This document shows, one piece after another, positions 40,524 to 51,323 of a stretch of 64,000 bases of DNA. The notes beneath the pieces are model-generated. The model saw nothing but the letters and a program-made list of their open reading frames with translations, had not been told where the DNA came from and did not search any database. Position numbers and translations under genes: made by a program. The stretch is from NCBI RefSeq assembly GCF_006345805.1, contig NC_043000.1, positions 86,366,001-86,430,000 on the forward strand, in the 5' to 3' direction. The DNA is from Octopus sinensis (Eukaryota). Within the stretch, counting starts at the first letter, position 1. Each line of letters begins with the position of its first letter.

Positions 40524-41518
40524 AAATATTCTTATTTATATTACATTCTTCTCGAACCCCGAAGTTTCTAGATGTTCAGTAATTTCTGTCGCAGAAAATT
40601 CCCTACGTATTAACTTAAAACCTGTTGTTCAAAGATACCCTAAATTCCCTACGAAATATTTTCTCTCTCTCTTATTTATATTACATTCTTCTCGAACCCC
40701 GAAGTTTCTAGATGTTCAGTAATTTCTGTTGCAGAAAATTCCCTACGTATTAACTTAAAACCTGTTGTTCAAAGATACCCTAAATTCCCTACGAAATATT
40801 TTCTCTCTCTCTTATTTATATTACATTCTTCTCGAACCCCGAAGTTTCTAGATGTTCAGTAATTTCTGTTGCAGAAAATTCCTTACGAATTAAACATGTT
40901 GTCCCTTAGCTCTCTCTCTCTCTCTTCCTTCCCCCCTCTCTTTCCTCATGCTTCCACCTGATAATCCCCCCCCCCCCAATCCCTAACCCTTTATAAAGCA
41001 GTGTTCGATTTATCTCGTCCTTCTTCTCGATTCTACATCTTGCTGACAAAACACTGACTCGAAAAATGACCAGCTAAGCGAATTTAACTTACAACCTGTC
41101 ATTCATATTCATTTTTTAAGCGTTGATTCGTAACCCTAAATCCCGTTTCTCTATTATTTGTTTCGCCATCTTGTATGCATGGCTTCCTGTCTGTCATGCA
41201 TTTTAAATTCCTCCTTTAATTTCAGTGTCATCCCGTTGTTATTCCATCCCCAGAATTCACTACAATATTCTCCCTCTCTCCTATTTATATTATGTTTAAT
41301 CGAACCCCGAAGTTTCTAGATGTTCAGTAATTTCTGTCGCAGAAAATTCCCTACGTATTAACTTAAAACCTGTTGTTCAAAGATACCCTAAATTCCCTAC
41401 GAAATATTTTCTCTCTCTCTTATTTATATTACATTCTTCTCGAACCCCGAAGTTTCTAGATGTTCAGTAATTTCTGTCGCAGAAAATTCCCTACGTATTA
41501 ACTTAAAACCTGTTGTTC
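40524..41518 (+). repeat. 140-bp near-identical tandem units in two blocks (40531-40886, 41281-41518)
   Basis: cttatttatattacattcttctcgaaccccgaag.. starts at 40531, 40671 and 40811 (period 140) and recurs after 41281. Confidence 0.95.
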
Positions 41519-41525
41519 CTTGGAG

Positions 41526-41642
41526 GTGACCCCGCCCTCCCACCCGTTTACCAGAACCGGAAGTTTCTGTTTTCTATCTTTCATGTGACCCCCGCCCTCC
41601 CACCCCTCTACCAGAACCGGAAGTTTCTGTTTTCTATCTTTC
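41526..41642 (+). promoter_or_regulatory. 60-bp duplication carrying GC-box (CCGCCC) and ETS (CCGGAAGT) motifs; candidate LINE promoter
   Basis: CCGCCC at 41532 and 41592, CCGGAAGT at 41557 and 41617, 110-200 bp upstream of the RTE ATG. Function is inferred. Confidence 0.4.
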
Positions 41643-41734
41643 TTGACCCCCCCCGCACCCCTATGTAGGGTTTATTGTGATCATATAGCGCAAAAACTTT
41701 GAAATTTATGCAGGTTGTAGTCTAGAGTCTCAGT

Positions 41735-44700
41735 ATGATATCTGGCAAATGCAAGCTTTCTTTTCAGGTACAGAACACTGCGGCCCCTCATCCCAGGGTC
41801 TCAGAGGCCCACACCTCCCACACCCTCAGGGTAGGCACCCTCAACGTTGGCACATTGAAAGGTAGGTCTGGCGAGATAGTCGAGATGCTTGAACGGAGAC
41901 GTGTTGATGTATGTTGTATGCAAGAAATAAGGTGGAGAGGAGGATCTGCTAGGGTCCTCACAGGCAAGGGACACAGGTACAAGATTTTCTGGGCAGGGAA
42001 CACTGACGGGGTTGGTGGCGTGGGTATAATTATCGCTGAGAAATGGATAGATAGAGTAATTGAGGTAATCAGAGTAAGTGACAGAATACTTAAGATTAGA
42101 ATAGTGCTTCATAATAGATTAGCAACCATTATATCGGCCTATGCCCCTCAGCCAGGGCTACCCGATGGACAGAAAGACAGTTTCTATGACACCCTACTGC
42201 AGACCACCTCATCGACGAACGACAGGGACCTTCTCTTTGTGGCTGGTGATTTCAATGGGCATGTTGGACGACATGCTGGGGGCTTCCATGGCGTACATGG
42301 AGGCTACGGTTATGGTTCCCGCAACGAGGAGGGAACCAGGCTGCTGGAGTTCTGCGATGCGAATAGTCTTATGGTCTGCAACACTAACTTCAGGAAACCA
42401 ACAAGCCACCTGGTCACCTACCGATCGGGCCGGCATACTAGCCAAATCGACTACATCCTTGCCAGAAAAAGGGAAAGATGGCTGCTTAAAAATGCCAAAA
42501 CCTTCCCAGGCGAAGAATGCACCCCACAACATAGACTGGTAGTTAGTGACTTTAGGATCAGGACTAAGAGGGCGACTAGAAGACGACCAACATGGAGAAG
42601 AAGGGTCTGGAAGCTTAAAGCCCCTGCGAATGGACAGAGATTTAGAGATATGTTACTTGAAGCCTTTGACGAAGTGGAAGGGGGTATAGCTACACATGGG
42701 GTAGAAGACAACTGGACGTTTCTGAGGGACAACCTGCTGAAAGCCGCTGACCAGATCTGTGGCTGGTGCAAAGTCCCCTTAAGACCCAAAATAACGTGGT
42801 GGTGGAACAATATTGTTGACAGGGCTATTAGACAAAAGAAACAGGCTTGGAAGGCCTGGAAGAACGGTGGTAGCAGGGAAGGGTATCAGACTGCCAGAAG
42901 GGAAGCTAGGAGACAGGTCTATCTAGCCAGAGGGGAAGCAGATAAGAGAAAATTTGCCAATGTCCTGCGCCGTGAGGATGAAAGACTTGAGGTATTTCGT
43001 GTTGCAAGACAGTGTGTGAGAGAGAATCGTGATGTGGTAGGAGAGAAATGTGTTCGCATGGAGGATGGTTCACTTGCGCTAAATGAGGATGCAAAGAGAG
43101 AAGCTTGGAGACGCCACTATGAAAGGTTACTGAATGAGGAAAATGAATGGGATAAAGAGAGTCTGCCGAATGTTGACCCTACAGAGGGACCAGCTATCCG
43201 AGTTGATAGTTCCGTGGTAGCTAAGGCAATTAGAAGCATGAAGACAGGGAAAGCCCCAGGCCCATCAGGAATTACTGCAGAGATGCTCAAAATATCTGGC
43301 AGTGTCGGCTATAACCTAGTCACCCGTATAGTCAACCAGGTGATACACGAAGGAGTCATACCCAATGACTGGTGCAGCAGCATACTAGTCAACTGCTACA
43401 AAGGTAAAGGTGATGCCCTAGATACAAATAATTACAGAGGTATCAAGCTGTTGGATCAAGTAATGAAGGTTACGGAGAGGGTCATAGCCCAACTAATTAG
43501 AGAGAGAGTTAGTTTAGATGAGATGCAGTTTGGGTTCGTGCCAGGAAAAAGTACCACTGATGCTATATTCCTGGTAAGGCAGCTGCAGGAGAAATACCTA
43601 GCCAAAGATAAGCCCCTGTACCTAGCTTTCGTTGACATGGAGAAAGCTTTTGATAGGGTCCCCCGATCCCTTATCTGGTGGTCAATGAGGAAACTAGGGA
43701 TAGATGAATGGCTGGTGAGGACTGTGCAAGCCATGTACAGAGATGCCGTAAGTAAGGTTAGGGTTGGCAACATGTACACAGAAGAATTCAAAGTAGAGGT
43801 TGGGGTCCACCAGGGTTCAGTACTCAGCCCCCTCCTATTTATCATAGTACTCCAGGCAATTACGGAGGAATTCAAGACAGGCTGTCCCTGGGAGCTCCTC
43901 TACGCTGACGACCTTGCTCTTATTGCTGAGTCACTATCAGAACTGGAGGAGAAGTTCCAGGTGTGGAAGGAGGGTTTAGAATCAAGGGGCCTTAGAGTCA
44001 ACCTAGCTAAAACCAAAGTACTAATAAGTAGAAAGGTAGACAATCCACAAATATCTTCAGGAAGATGGCCCTGCTCGATCTGTAGAAAAGGTGTAGGTAG
44101 AAACTCTATAAGATGTACCCAGTGTAAGCTATGGACACATAAGAGGTGCAGCAATGTCAAAGGTAGGCTAACTGGGAAGATAGTTTTTGTATGTGGCAGA
44201 TGCTCGGGAGCATTAACCTCCGAAAATCTGCAGAAAACAACTTCCGTCACTTTCCAGGGGGAAAAACTAGAAGTAGTTGATAGCTTCCGTTATCTAGGTG
44301 ACCAAGTCAGTAGTGGGGGTGGGTGCGCTGAAAGTGTAACTGCTAGAATAAGAATAGCCTGGGCAAAGTTTAGGGAGCTCTTACCTCTGCTGGTGACTAA
44401 AGGCCTCTCGCTCAGAGTAAAAGGCAGACTGTATGATGCGTGTGTACGAACAGCCATGCTACATGGCAGCGAAACATGGGCTGTGACTGCTGAGGACATG
44501 CGTAAGCTCGTGAGGAATGAAGCCAGTATGCTCCGATGGATGTGTAATGTCAGTGTACATACTCGACAGAGCGTTAGCACCTTGAGAGAAATGTTGTACC
44601 TAAGAAGCATCAGTTGTGGTGTGCAAGAGAGACGATTGCGCTGGTATGGTCATGTGGCGAGAATGGATGAAGATAGGTGTGTGAGAAAGTGCCAATCCCT

Positions 44701-44857
44701 AGCAGTTGAGGGAACCCGTGGAAGAGGTAGACCCAGGAAAACCTGGGACGAGGTGGTGAAGCACGACCTTCGAACTTTAGGCCTCACTGAGGAAATGACC
44801 AGAGACCGAGACCTTTGGAAATATTCTGTACGTGAGAAGACCAGGCAGGACAAGTGA
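41735..44857 (+). CDS. Intact RTE-clade LINE ORF: APE endonuclease, reverse transcriptase, embedded PHD-type finger (1040 aa)
   Basis: APE motifs GTLNVG, CMQE, SAYAP, GDFNGH, IDYIL, QHRLV; RT motifs NYRGIKLL, QFGF, FVDMEKAFD, GVHQGSVLSP, YADD; C-terminal RGRPRKTW; no stops. Confidence 0.97.
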   Translation: MISGKCKLSFQVQNTAAPHPRVSEAHTSHTLRVGTLNVGTLKGRSGEIVEMLERRRVDVCCMQEIRWRGGSARVLTGKGHRYKIFWAGNTDGVGGVGIIIAEKWIDRVIEVIRVSDRILKIRIVLHNRLATIISAYAPQPGLPDGQKDSFYDTLLQTTSSTNDRDLLFVAGDFNGHVGRHAGGFHGVHGGYGYGSRNEEGTRLLEFCDANSLMVCNTNFRKPTSHLVTYRSGRHTSQIDYILARKRERWLLKNAKTFPGEECTPQHRLVVSDFRIRTKRATRRRPTWRRRVWKLKAPANGQRFRDMLLEAFDEVEGGIATHGVEDNWTFLRDNLLKAADQICGWCKVPLRPKITWWWNNIVDRAIRQKKQAWKAWKNGGSREGYQTARREARRQVYLARGEADKRKFANVLRREDERLEVFRVARQCVRENRDVVGEKCVRMEDGSLALNEDAKREAWRRHYERLLNEENEWDKESLPNVDPTEGPAIRVDSSVVAKAIRSMKTGKAPGPSGITAEMLKISGSVGYNLVTRIVNQVIHEGVIPNDWCSSILVNCYKGKGDALDTNNYRGIKLLDQVMKVTERVIAQLIRERVSLDEMQFGFVPGKSTTDAIFLVRQLQEKYLAKDKPLYLAFVDMEKAFDRVPRSLIWWSMRKLGIDEWLVRTVQAMYRDAVSKVRVGNMYTEEFKVEVGVHQGSVLSPLLFIIVLQAITEEFKTGCPWELLYADDLALIAESLSELEEKFQVWKEGLESRGLRVNLAKTKVLISRKVDNPQISSGRWPCSICRKGVGRNSIRCTQCKLWTHKRCSNVKGRLTGKIVFVCGRCSGALTSENLQKTTSVTFQGEKLEVVDSFRYLGDQVSSGGGCAESVTARIRIAWAKFRELLPLLVTKGLSLRVKGRLYDACVRTAMLHGSETWAVTAEDMRKLVRNEASMLRWMCNVSVHTRQSVSTLREMLYLRSISCGVQERRLRWYGHVARMDEDRCVRKCQSLAVEGTRGRGRPRKTWDEVVKHDLRTLGLTEEMTRDRDLWKYSVREKTRQDK

Positions 44858-44949
44858 GCCCAGCCCACTTATGAATGCCTTTCCTCCCTTGGACACAAAG
44901 ACCGGTTGAGGCAAGCGAAGTCGATATAGAACCTCATCCGACGACAGAC

Positions 44950-45554
44950 ACCCATCCCAACCCCCCATGCTTGCGAAGACATGTTGGGGCAAGCGAAATC
45001 GAAATCGAAATCGAAACCGAATTGAACCAGCCAGGATCCCTGGCCTGGTGGTACGTAAAAAGCACTATCCGACTCGGGGCCGTGGCACGTAAAATACTCC
45101 AATGCGACCGTACGACAGGCACCCATGCCAACCCCCTTTGCTTGTGAAGACATGTTGGGGCAAGCGAAATCGAAATCGAATTGAACCAGCCAGGATCCCT
45201 GGTCTGGTGGTACGTAAAGCACTATCCGACTCGTGGCCGTGGCACGTAAAATACTCCAATGCGACCGTACGACAGGCACCCTTGCCAACCCCCTTTGCTT
45301 GTGAAGACATGTTGGGGCAAGCGAAATCGAAATCGAATTGAACCAGCCAGTATCCCTGGTCTGGTGGTACGTAAAGCACTATCCGACTCGTGGCCGTGGC
45401 ACGTAAAATACTCCAATGCGACCGTACGACAGGCACCCTTGCCAACCCCCTTTGCTTGTGAAGACATGTTGGGGCAAGCGAAATCGAAATCGAATTGAAC
45501 CAGCCAGGATCCCTGGTCTGGTGGTACGTAAAAAGCACTATCCGACTCGTGGCC
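44950..45554 (+). repeat. 157-bp tandem array in the RTE 3'UTR (about 3.7 units)
   Basis: Anchor gcttg(t/c)gaagacatg at 44969, 45140, 45297 and 45454 (periods 171, 157, 157). Confidence 0.97.
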
Positions 45555-47161
45555 GATGCCAGCACCGCCTCGACTGGCTTCCGTGCCGGTGGCACATAAA
45601 ATACACCAATCTGACCGTGGCCGTTGCCAGCCCCGCCTGGCACCTGTGCAGGTGGCACGTAAAAAGCACCCACTACACTCACGGAGTGGTTGGCGTTAGG
45701 AAGGGCATCCAGCTGTAGAAACATTGCCAAATTAGACTGGAGCCTGGTGCAGCCTTCTGGCTTCCCAGAACCCCGGTCGAACCGTCCAACCCATGCTAGC
45801 ATGGAGAACGGACGTTAAACGACGACGACGACGACGATTTTGAACAAAACCATAATGATGGTATCAAAAGAGATACATAAATTCAACTTCAGCATTAACC
45901 CTACTTTAAAACTTGTGCCATACTGTGATATAAATTTGTCCATTTAATGAGGTTAATTTAAGAGTCAGATTTGTTTGAAGAAGGTTGACAGTCATTTCTT
46001 ATTTCCTCTACAAAATTCAGTTTTCCATCTTAACTCTTCAATAACAACCCTCATCTCATCTTTTTTATAAGCCTACCACACACCATCACACTCTCTCTAT
46101 TCACCAGCAACCACTAAGTCCTATTTCTTCTCTTAGTTTTCCTCCCCCACTATTTCATTCTTAGCATATGTTCATTCATGGGTATCAGTTTCCTCCTTTG
46201 CCAACAGCATTAAATACATTTAACTTCTGTCTCTCAACTCACTGACTTTACATTATTATGTTCAGTGAATCATATACAGCTCATATCTCACAAGAACCTT
46301 TTACTCATGTTCTTTCCTTGTTCATGATTTATTGCTGTCATGTATAAGGTTTGCATGATTCTTAATAATAAATCCAATTGTTACATGCAGTTGTAAGTAA
46401 ATAACAACACAAACCCCATGGATTTTGTTTCATGAACAAATGATAAAGTATTTGAACACAACTTAAAGGCATGAAGCTAAATGTCAGTGTAGCATATCAA
46501 CTATATAACTGACCTTTAAAACATTGACTTTTTTCTCATATTAGGACAAGGATATAAATTTACAGAAGGTGATTAAATTATATTATAGATTAAATTGCTC
46601 TCAGTATATGGCTAGTACTTTATCAATATTAAAATGATGAAAGATATTTCAACACCAGGTAGGATTTGAACTCAGAATGTAGAGATAAATGGGTTCATTT
46701 AGTCTGGTGCTCTTCTACTATGTATTTAGTCTGTGGACCTTCTGTTTCTGCAACTCCACAGTTTCTAATTTTGCTTTGAGGTACTAAAAACTACAAGGCA
46801 TTTAGCCTAAGTTGTTTTTATTGGTGGTGGTAGTGGTAATAGTAATAATAGTAGTAGTAGTAGAGGCCAAGGGAATTTATAACACGGAGTACAACATTAG
46901 CTAACATGTGAGAGTGATAAAGACTGGCAACAAATCTGGAGGTCTTGCCTAAATGCACTGAGGTGTGTTAAACAACTTATACGTAGGGGAACAAAAAAAC
47001 GGTAACTGAAGAATGTCTTACAAGCAGATCTCTCTATCTCTCTCTCTCTCCCTCAAATATATACATTATCACGCATGTGTAAATACTTTAAACTGTACGC
47101 ATGTTGTTAAAGGTTAGAAACAATGTGAAAAGTAGACAAAGTTGAGCAATAAATTATAAAG

Positions 47162-47203
<42 letters not shown>

Positions 47204-47394
47204 GTGTATATACATATGTATTTAAATATAAGCACCTCTTCTTTCTTTCTTTTCCTGAGCATCCAATAACACTATACTTGTTCCATGTCCTCGTGTTGTG
47301 TTTTCTCTTTGTGTTTTCATGTTTGGATTAACTATATATATATATATATATATATATACATGCATACATATGTATATATACATTTACATATACC

Positions 47395-47432
<38 letters not shown>

Positions 47433-48299
47433 ATATATACATGTATATATACTGATATATCTTCTTATATAAAATAAACCTGTGTGTGTGTGTATGTGTG
47501 TGTGTATTCGCTTCTCATGCAAAAACGGCCACGTAAATTGCTTCCATATTTGGGATGCATGAATAATTTGACTTTGGATACATAATAGGGTCTTCAGATT
47601 ATTTTTTTTATCAAAAATAAATAATATTACTTTCTATATATGATTCATGTCTTTAAAAAGGATTTTCAATATCAACTTCCGGTATTGATGTAGCAACAGC
47701 AAAATTTTCTGTCTTTATTTGCAAAATCTCTCTATTTTAACGTTTTCATTTCAAGTTTTAATTTGCTATTTGCAAAGAACTACGATAAATTACTGAAAGA
47801 AATATTTACTAAGTTCACAAATTTAAATATTTGGTATAAGATAGTTTTTAATGAGCTTTTATTCATACGATTTTTTCATTTCATGCTTATTTCATTCATT
47901 GTTTTCAATGTTCTCTCTCCCTCTCTTTCTCCCTCTCTCTCTCTCTCTCTCTCTCTCACATACACACACACATATATGTGTGTTTTTGTATGTACGTTTG
48001 TATACATTTATGTATGTGTGTGTGTTTGTGTGAGAGAGATGAGAGAGAGTCAGTCAAGGAGTGTGTTGTCATGTATATGTACATACATAAATACATATGC
48101 ATACACCTTTTTGTGTGTGTGTATGTGTGTGTGTGTTTGTGTGTGTGTGAGACACAGAGAGAGAGAGAGAGAGAATGGCATTCACTCTCTCTCTCTCTCT
48201 CTTTCTCTCTCTTTCACACACAGAAACACACACACATGCATACATACCAAAAAGTTGTATGCATATTTATTTATGCATGTACATATGTGACAACATATC

Positions 48300-48341
<42 letters not shown>

Positions 48342-48559
48342 GTCCATTTCATCTGATGTTTGATACTACTTGTGTGGTGTGTGTGTGCATGCACGCACAC
48401 GTGCATGGGGCATTCCACAATCACCATTTATTTCAGTCACTCTTGTGAAGATATTCACGTAGCTCATTGTTTCATTTAATCCCCATTTCAATTTTCAAAT
48501 AAGTTCCCAAGAAAAATGTTCTCACTCTCAACAAGAGGAGTTGGGGTAGATGTAGATGA

Positions 48560-49634
48560 TCAGTAGTCTACAGCAAAGCAAAGATGAGTACAGGTAGCCA
48601 GTGTGAATGTTGAATTCTGCAACTCTGTTAAGTATGTTTGCAAATATATAAACAAAGGTTTAGATGCTGCAACATACACTCTTATGCAGAATGGCAGTCA
48701 GCAGATAAATAAAAATGACAAAGATGCACAGTATGACAGAGGAAGATACATCAGTACAAATGAGGCTTTTTGGCACATCTTCAATTTTCCCCATTCATGA
48801 GAGACACCCAACTATCATTCATCTGAGTGTCCATCTAGAGAATGGCCAAAGGTTATCTTTACAAAACAAACAGCCTTGCAACAAGCACTTTCTCTAAAAG
48901 AAACTGCCTTTATTGCCTTTTTTAAGTTGTGTCAAGTAGATGAAGAAGCAAGAAAACTACTTTACCCACAATTACCCAGGCATTACACCTGGAGAAACAA
49001 TAAATGGCACAAGAGGAAATGTGGGGCTGACACTCTTGCAAGAGTTTGCAATGTTTCCCCAAGCCAAGCAAAATGCTACTACTTACGACTCCATCTGCAT
49101 AAAGTACATGGTCCCAAATCATTTCAAAGTTCAAGGAGGGTAAATGATCATGTGTGAAACTTATAGAGAAGTATGCTAACGACAAGGTTTTTTTAGAAAA
49201 TGATGAACATTGCGACCTTGTATTGACTGAAGCATCAGTATCGGATTTTCCAAGGAAGCTCCATAACCTTTTTGCAATTATACTGAACATGTATCAACTT
49301 GGCAGTCCCCTACAGCTTTGGATGAAACATCATGAGGACAAGGCTGAGGACTTAAAGTATGCAGTTCAACAGGCAAACCCAGACATCAATATTTAGATCC
49401 CTGAAATAATTTTTAACAAGCATTGATTGAAATTGAGGATCAAGTTTTGGCCATGGGAGGCAAAAATTTACAAGAGTCTGGCTCTGGACTGCCAAAAGCA
49501 AATCATCAACTTATTGATTTAACTCAAAGAGACATAGCAAGAGAGACAAATTATAACATCACAGACTTGGCTGCATTTGTGAATGACTATGAACCTAAAC
49601 TTCTAGAACAACACTGCATATGATGAAATTTTTC

Positions 49635-49636
<2 letters not shown>
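48560..49636 (+). pseudogene. Helitron RepHel fragment (Rep-to-helicase linker)
   Basis: NVEFCNSVK..KYINKG, RYISTNEAFWHIF..PIHERHP..LSVHLENGQR, YYLRLHLHKVHGPKSF, EQ..AYDEI; several frameshifts. Confidence 0.93.
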
Positions 49637-49686
<50 letters not shown>

Positions 49687-49762
49687 TTTTCCTTCTTTCT
49701 TCAAATTTTCTTCCGTTTCTCGCCGAGTGTTTTCCGTACACTCTTTGAAGAAAGAAGGAAAA

Positions 49763-49802
<40 letters not shown>

Positions 49803-49839
49803 GAAAAATTTCATCATATGCAGTGTTGTTCTAGAAGTT
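49598..49839. repeat. Fold-back inverted repeat (arms 49598-49705 and 49744-49839, 38-nt spacer)
   Basis: Arms are exact reverse complements except for four extra TAT units in the left arm. Confidence 0.95.
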
Positions 49840-49935
49840 GTATACATTCCCAGATTACACAAGCAAATTCACAGATAAATATGTATTTTAAAAATTAATA
49901 AATAAATAAATTGTATTATTATTATTATCATTATC

Positions 49936-49969
<34 letters not shown>

Positions 49970-50384
49970 GTATTATGAATTCAGAATTGATTTCCCAATT
50001 GAAGAATAAACTGTATCCCAATTTAAGAATAAATTGAATTTAGAAAAACAAATTTCTATATAACATATTTTGTCTTTTTCTTCCAATATATAAGGTACAA
50101 TTTCATTCCAGGCAATGCCAGGTGCCTCCGCTAGTATATATATATAAATAATCCTTGATTTCCTACTCTCCAATTTCTTGTCTTCATCTAACTGGATATA
50201 AACTATATGCTTAATATATACCTTTTGCTTTTAAGGAATTTCATTTCCCAACAATTCTAGGTATTGAACCAGTATTTCTTTGGATGTAACCATATATGTG
50301 TGTGTGTGTGTGCGTGCATGTGTGTGTGTGTATATATATATATGTACATGTGTGTGTGTGTGTGTGTAAACATATATATATAAA

Positions 50385-51320
50385 GTAACAAACTGAAGAA
50401 AAGAGTTCCTTCAAAGGAGTGTGTTGAACATCCAATTCACTGGTACGTCACCAGTCCAATAATAAAGAAAAGGAAACATAGGAATAGGAAAACTATCTGG
50501 TTCACATCCCCTTACTCCCCCGAAGTAACTTTTAATATAGGTAAATATTTCTTAGCACTTATAGATAGATATTTTACAGTCAATCATAGTAACAGAAAGC
50601 TGTTCAATAGACATAACTTAAAAATCAGTTTCAGCTCAACTACTAATTTTTAAAATATAATTGCACACAACACACAAAAACAACAAAATGAAACCAGCTG
50701 TTCATGCAGGGACAAAAATTTGTACCCGCTAAATGGAGCTTGCATGTCCGAGACCATCGTTTATGAAGCTACAGTAGACTCTACAACCACTAAGGACACA
50801 GTTTTGTCAAAGAAATATGTGGGTCTCACAGAGGGGAATTTTAAGGCCAGGTTCAACAATGACACCTTGAGCTTCAGGCACTAGGATAAAAGAAAAACAA
50901 CCAAATTATCCAGTCATATATGGTCCTTAAAAGATAAAGGTATCAGTTACAACATCCATTGGAAGATCTTAGCCAAGTGTAAGCCTTACACCAACAGTAG
51001 TGGAAAGTGTGGTCTTTGTGATATGGAAAGATGGCTCAACTGGAAAAGCAGCTTAGACCTTGCTACATGTCTAAATTCAAGAACTGAACTTTTTGGATCA
51101 CGTCCACACATGGCTAAATATTTGTTACGTTTTTGGTCCCCACAAGATCAGAGGTAGAACCTGCTTTTTATTTTGTGTCCATGTACAAGCATTTTATCTC
51201 TCTATATTTTTATATATATTTTTTACATACTTTTTACATATTTTTATACTGTCTGATGAACGGCAACGAGAAACTCAGAGTAACAGATTTTGTTGAATTT
51301 TCTGCTGCTTAAAATAAAGT
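50385..51320 (+). mobile_element. Penelope-like element 3' fragment (GIY-YIG endonuclease, Neptune-like) with 3'UTR
   Basis: RNRKTIWFTSPYS..NIGKYFL..KLFNRHNLKISFS, CSCRDK..PLNGAC..IVYEATV..KYVGLTEGNFKARF..WKIL..CGLC..LNSRTEL; a few stops. Confidence 0.9.
51249..51286 (+). ncRNA. Minimal type I hammerhead ribozyme motif
   Basis: ctgt CTGATGA acg-gcaa-cga GAAA ctc-a-gag TA acag: stem I CTGT/ACAG, intact core, GUA cleavage triplet; stem II closing pair is mismatched. Confidence 0.8.
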
Positions 51321-51323
51321 ATG

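Larger units (their letters stand above)
41735..45837 (+). mobile_element. Young RTE LINE, ORF through 3' tail (5' end may extend to about 40524)
   Basis: ORF, about 1-kb 3'UTR, family-typical terminal segment and (CGA)6 tail at 45820-45837. Confidence 0.93.
47460..50134 (+). mobile_element. Defective Helitron with both canonical ends
   Basis: A|TC at 47460 (tcttcttatataaaa..), subterminal hairpin ccaggcaatgccagg and CTAG|T at 50131-50134, with a RepHel remnant inside. Confidence 0.8.

Noticed and set aside
40981-40990. ccctaaccct telomere-like sequence
   Set aside because: Fewer than two repeats; not an interstitial telomere.
45140-45180. TGAAGA..GAAA in the 157-bp unit as a hammerhead
   Set aside because: Lacks C3/U4 of the core, has no pairing stem II, and the motif is not kept in other RTE copies.
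44950-45554. Regularly spaced repeats resembling a CRISPR array (also 40531-41518)
   Set aside because: Whole units are duplicated with no unique spacers; eukaryotic LINE context and no cas genes.
44869-45802. Overlapping 70-245 aa ORFs in the RTE 3'UTR
   Set aside because: By-products of GC-rich tandem repeats; not conserved in other copies.
40516-45848. ttttgcacaaa (40516) / ttttgaacaaa (45838) as a target-site duplication
   Set aside because: One mismatch in 11 AT-rich bases is weak for so young an element; not used to define the 5' end.
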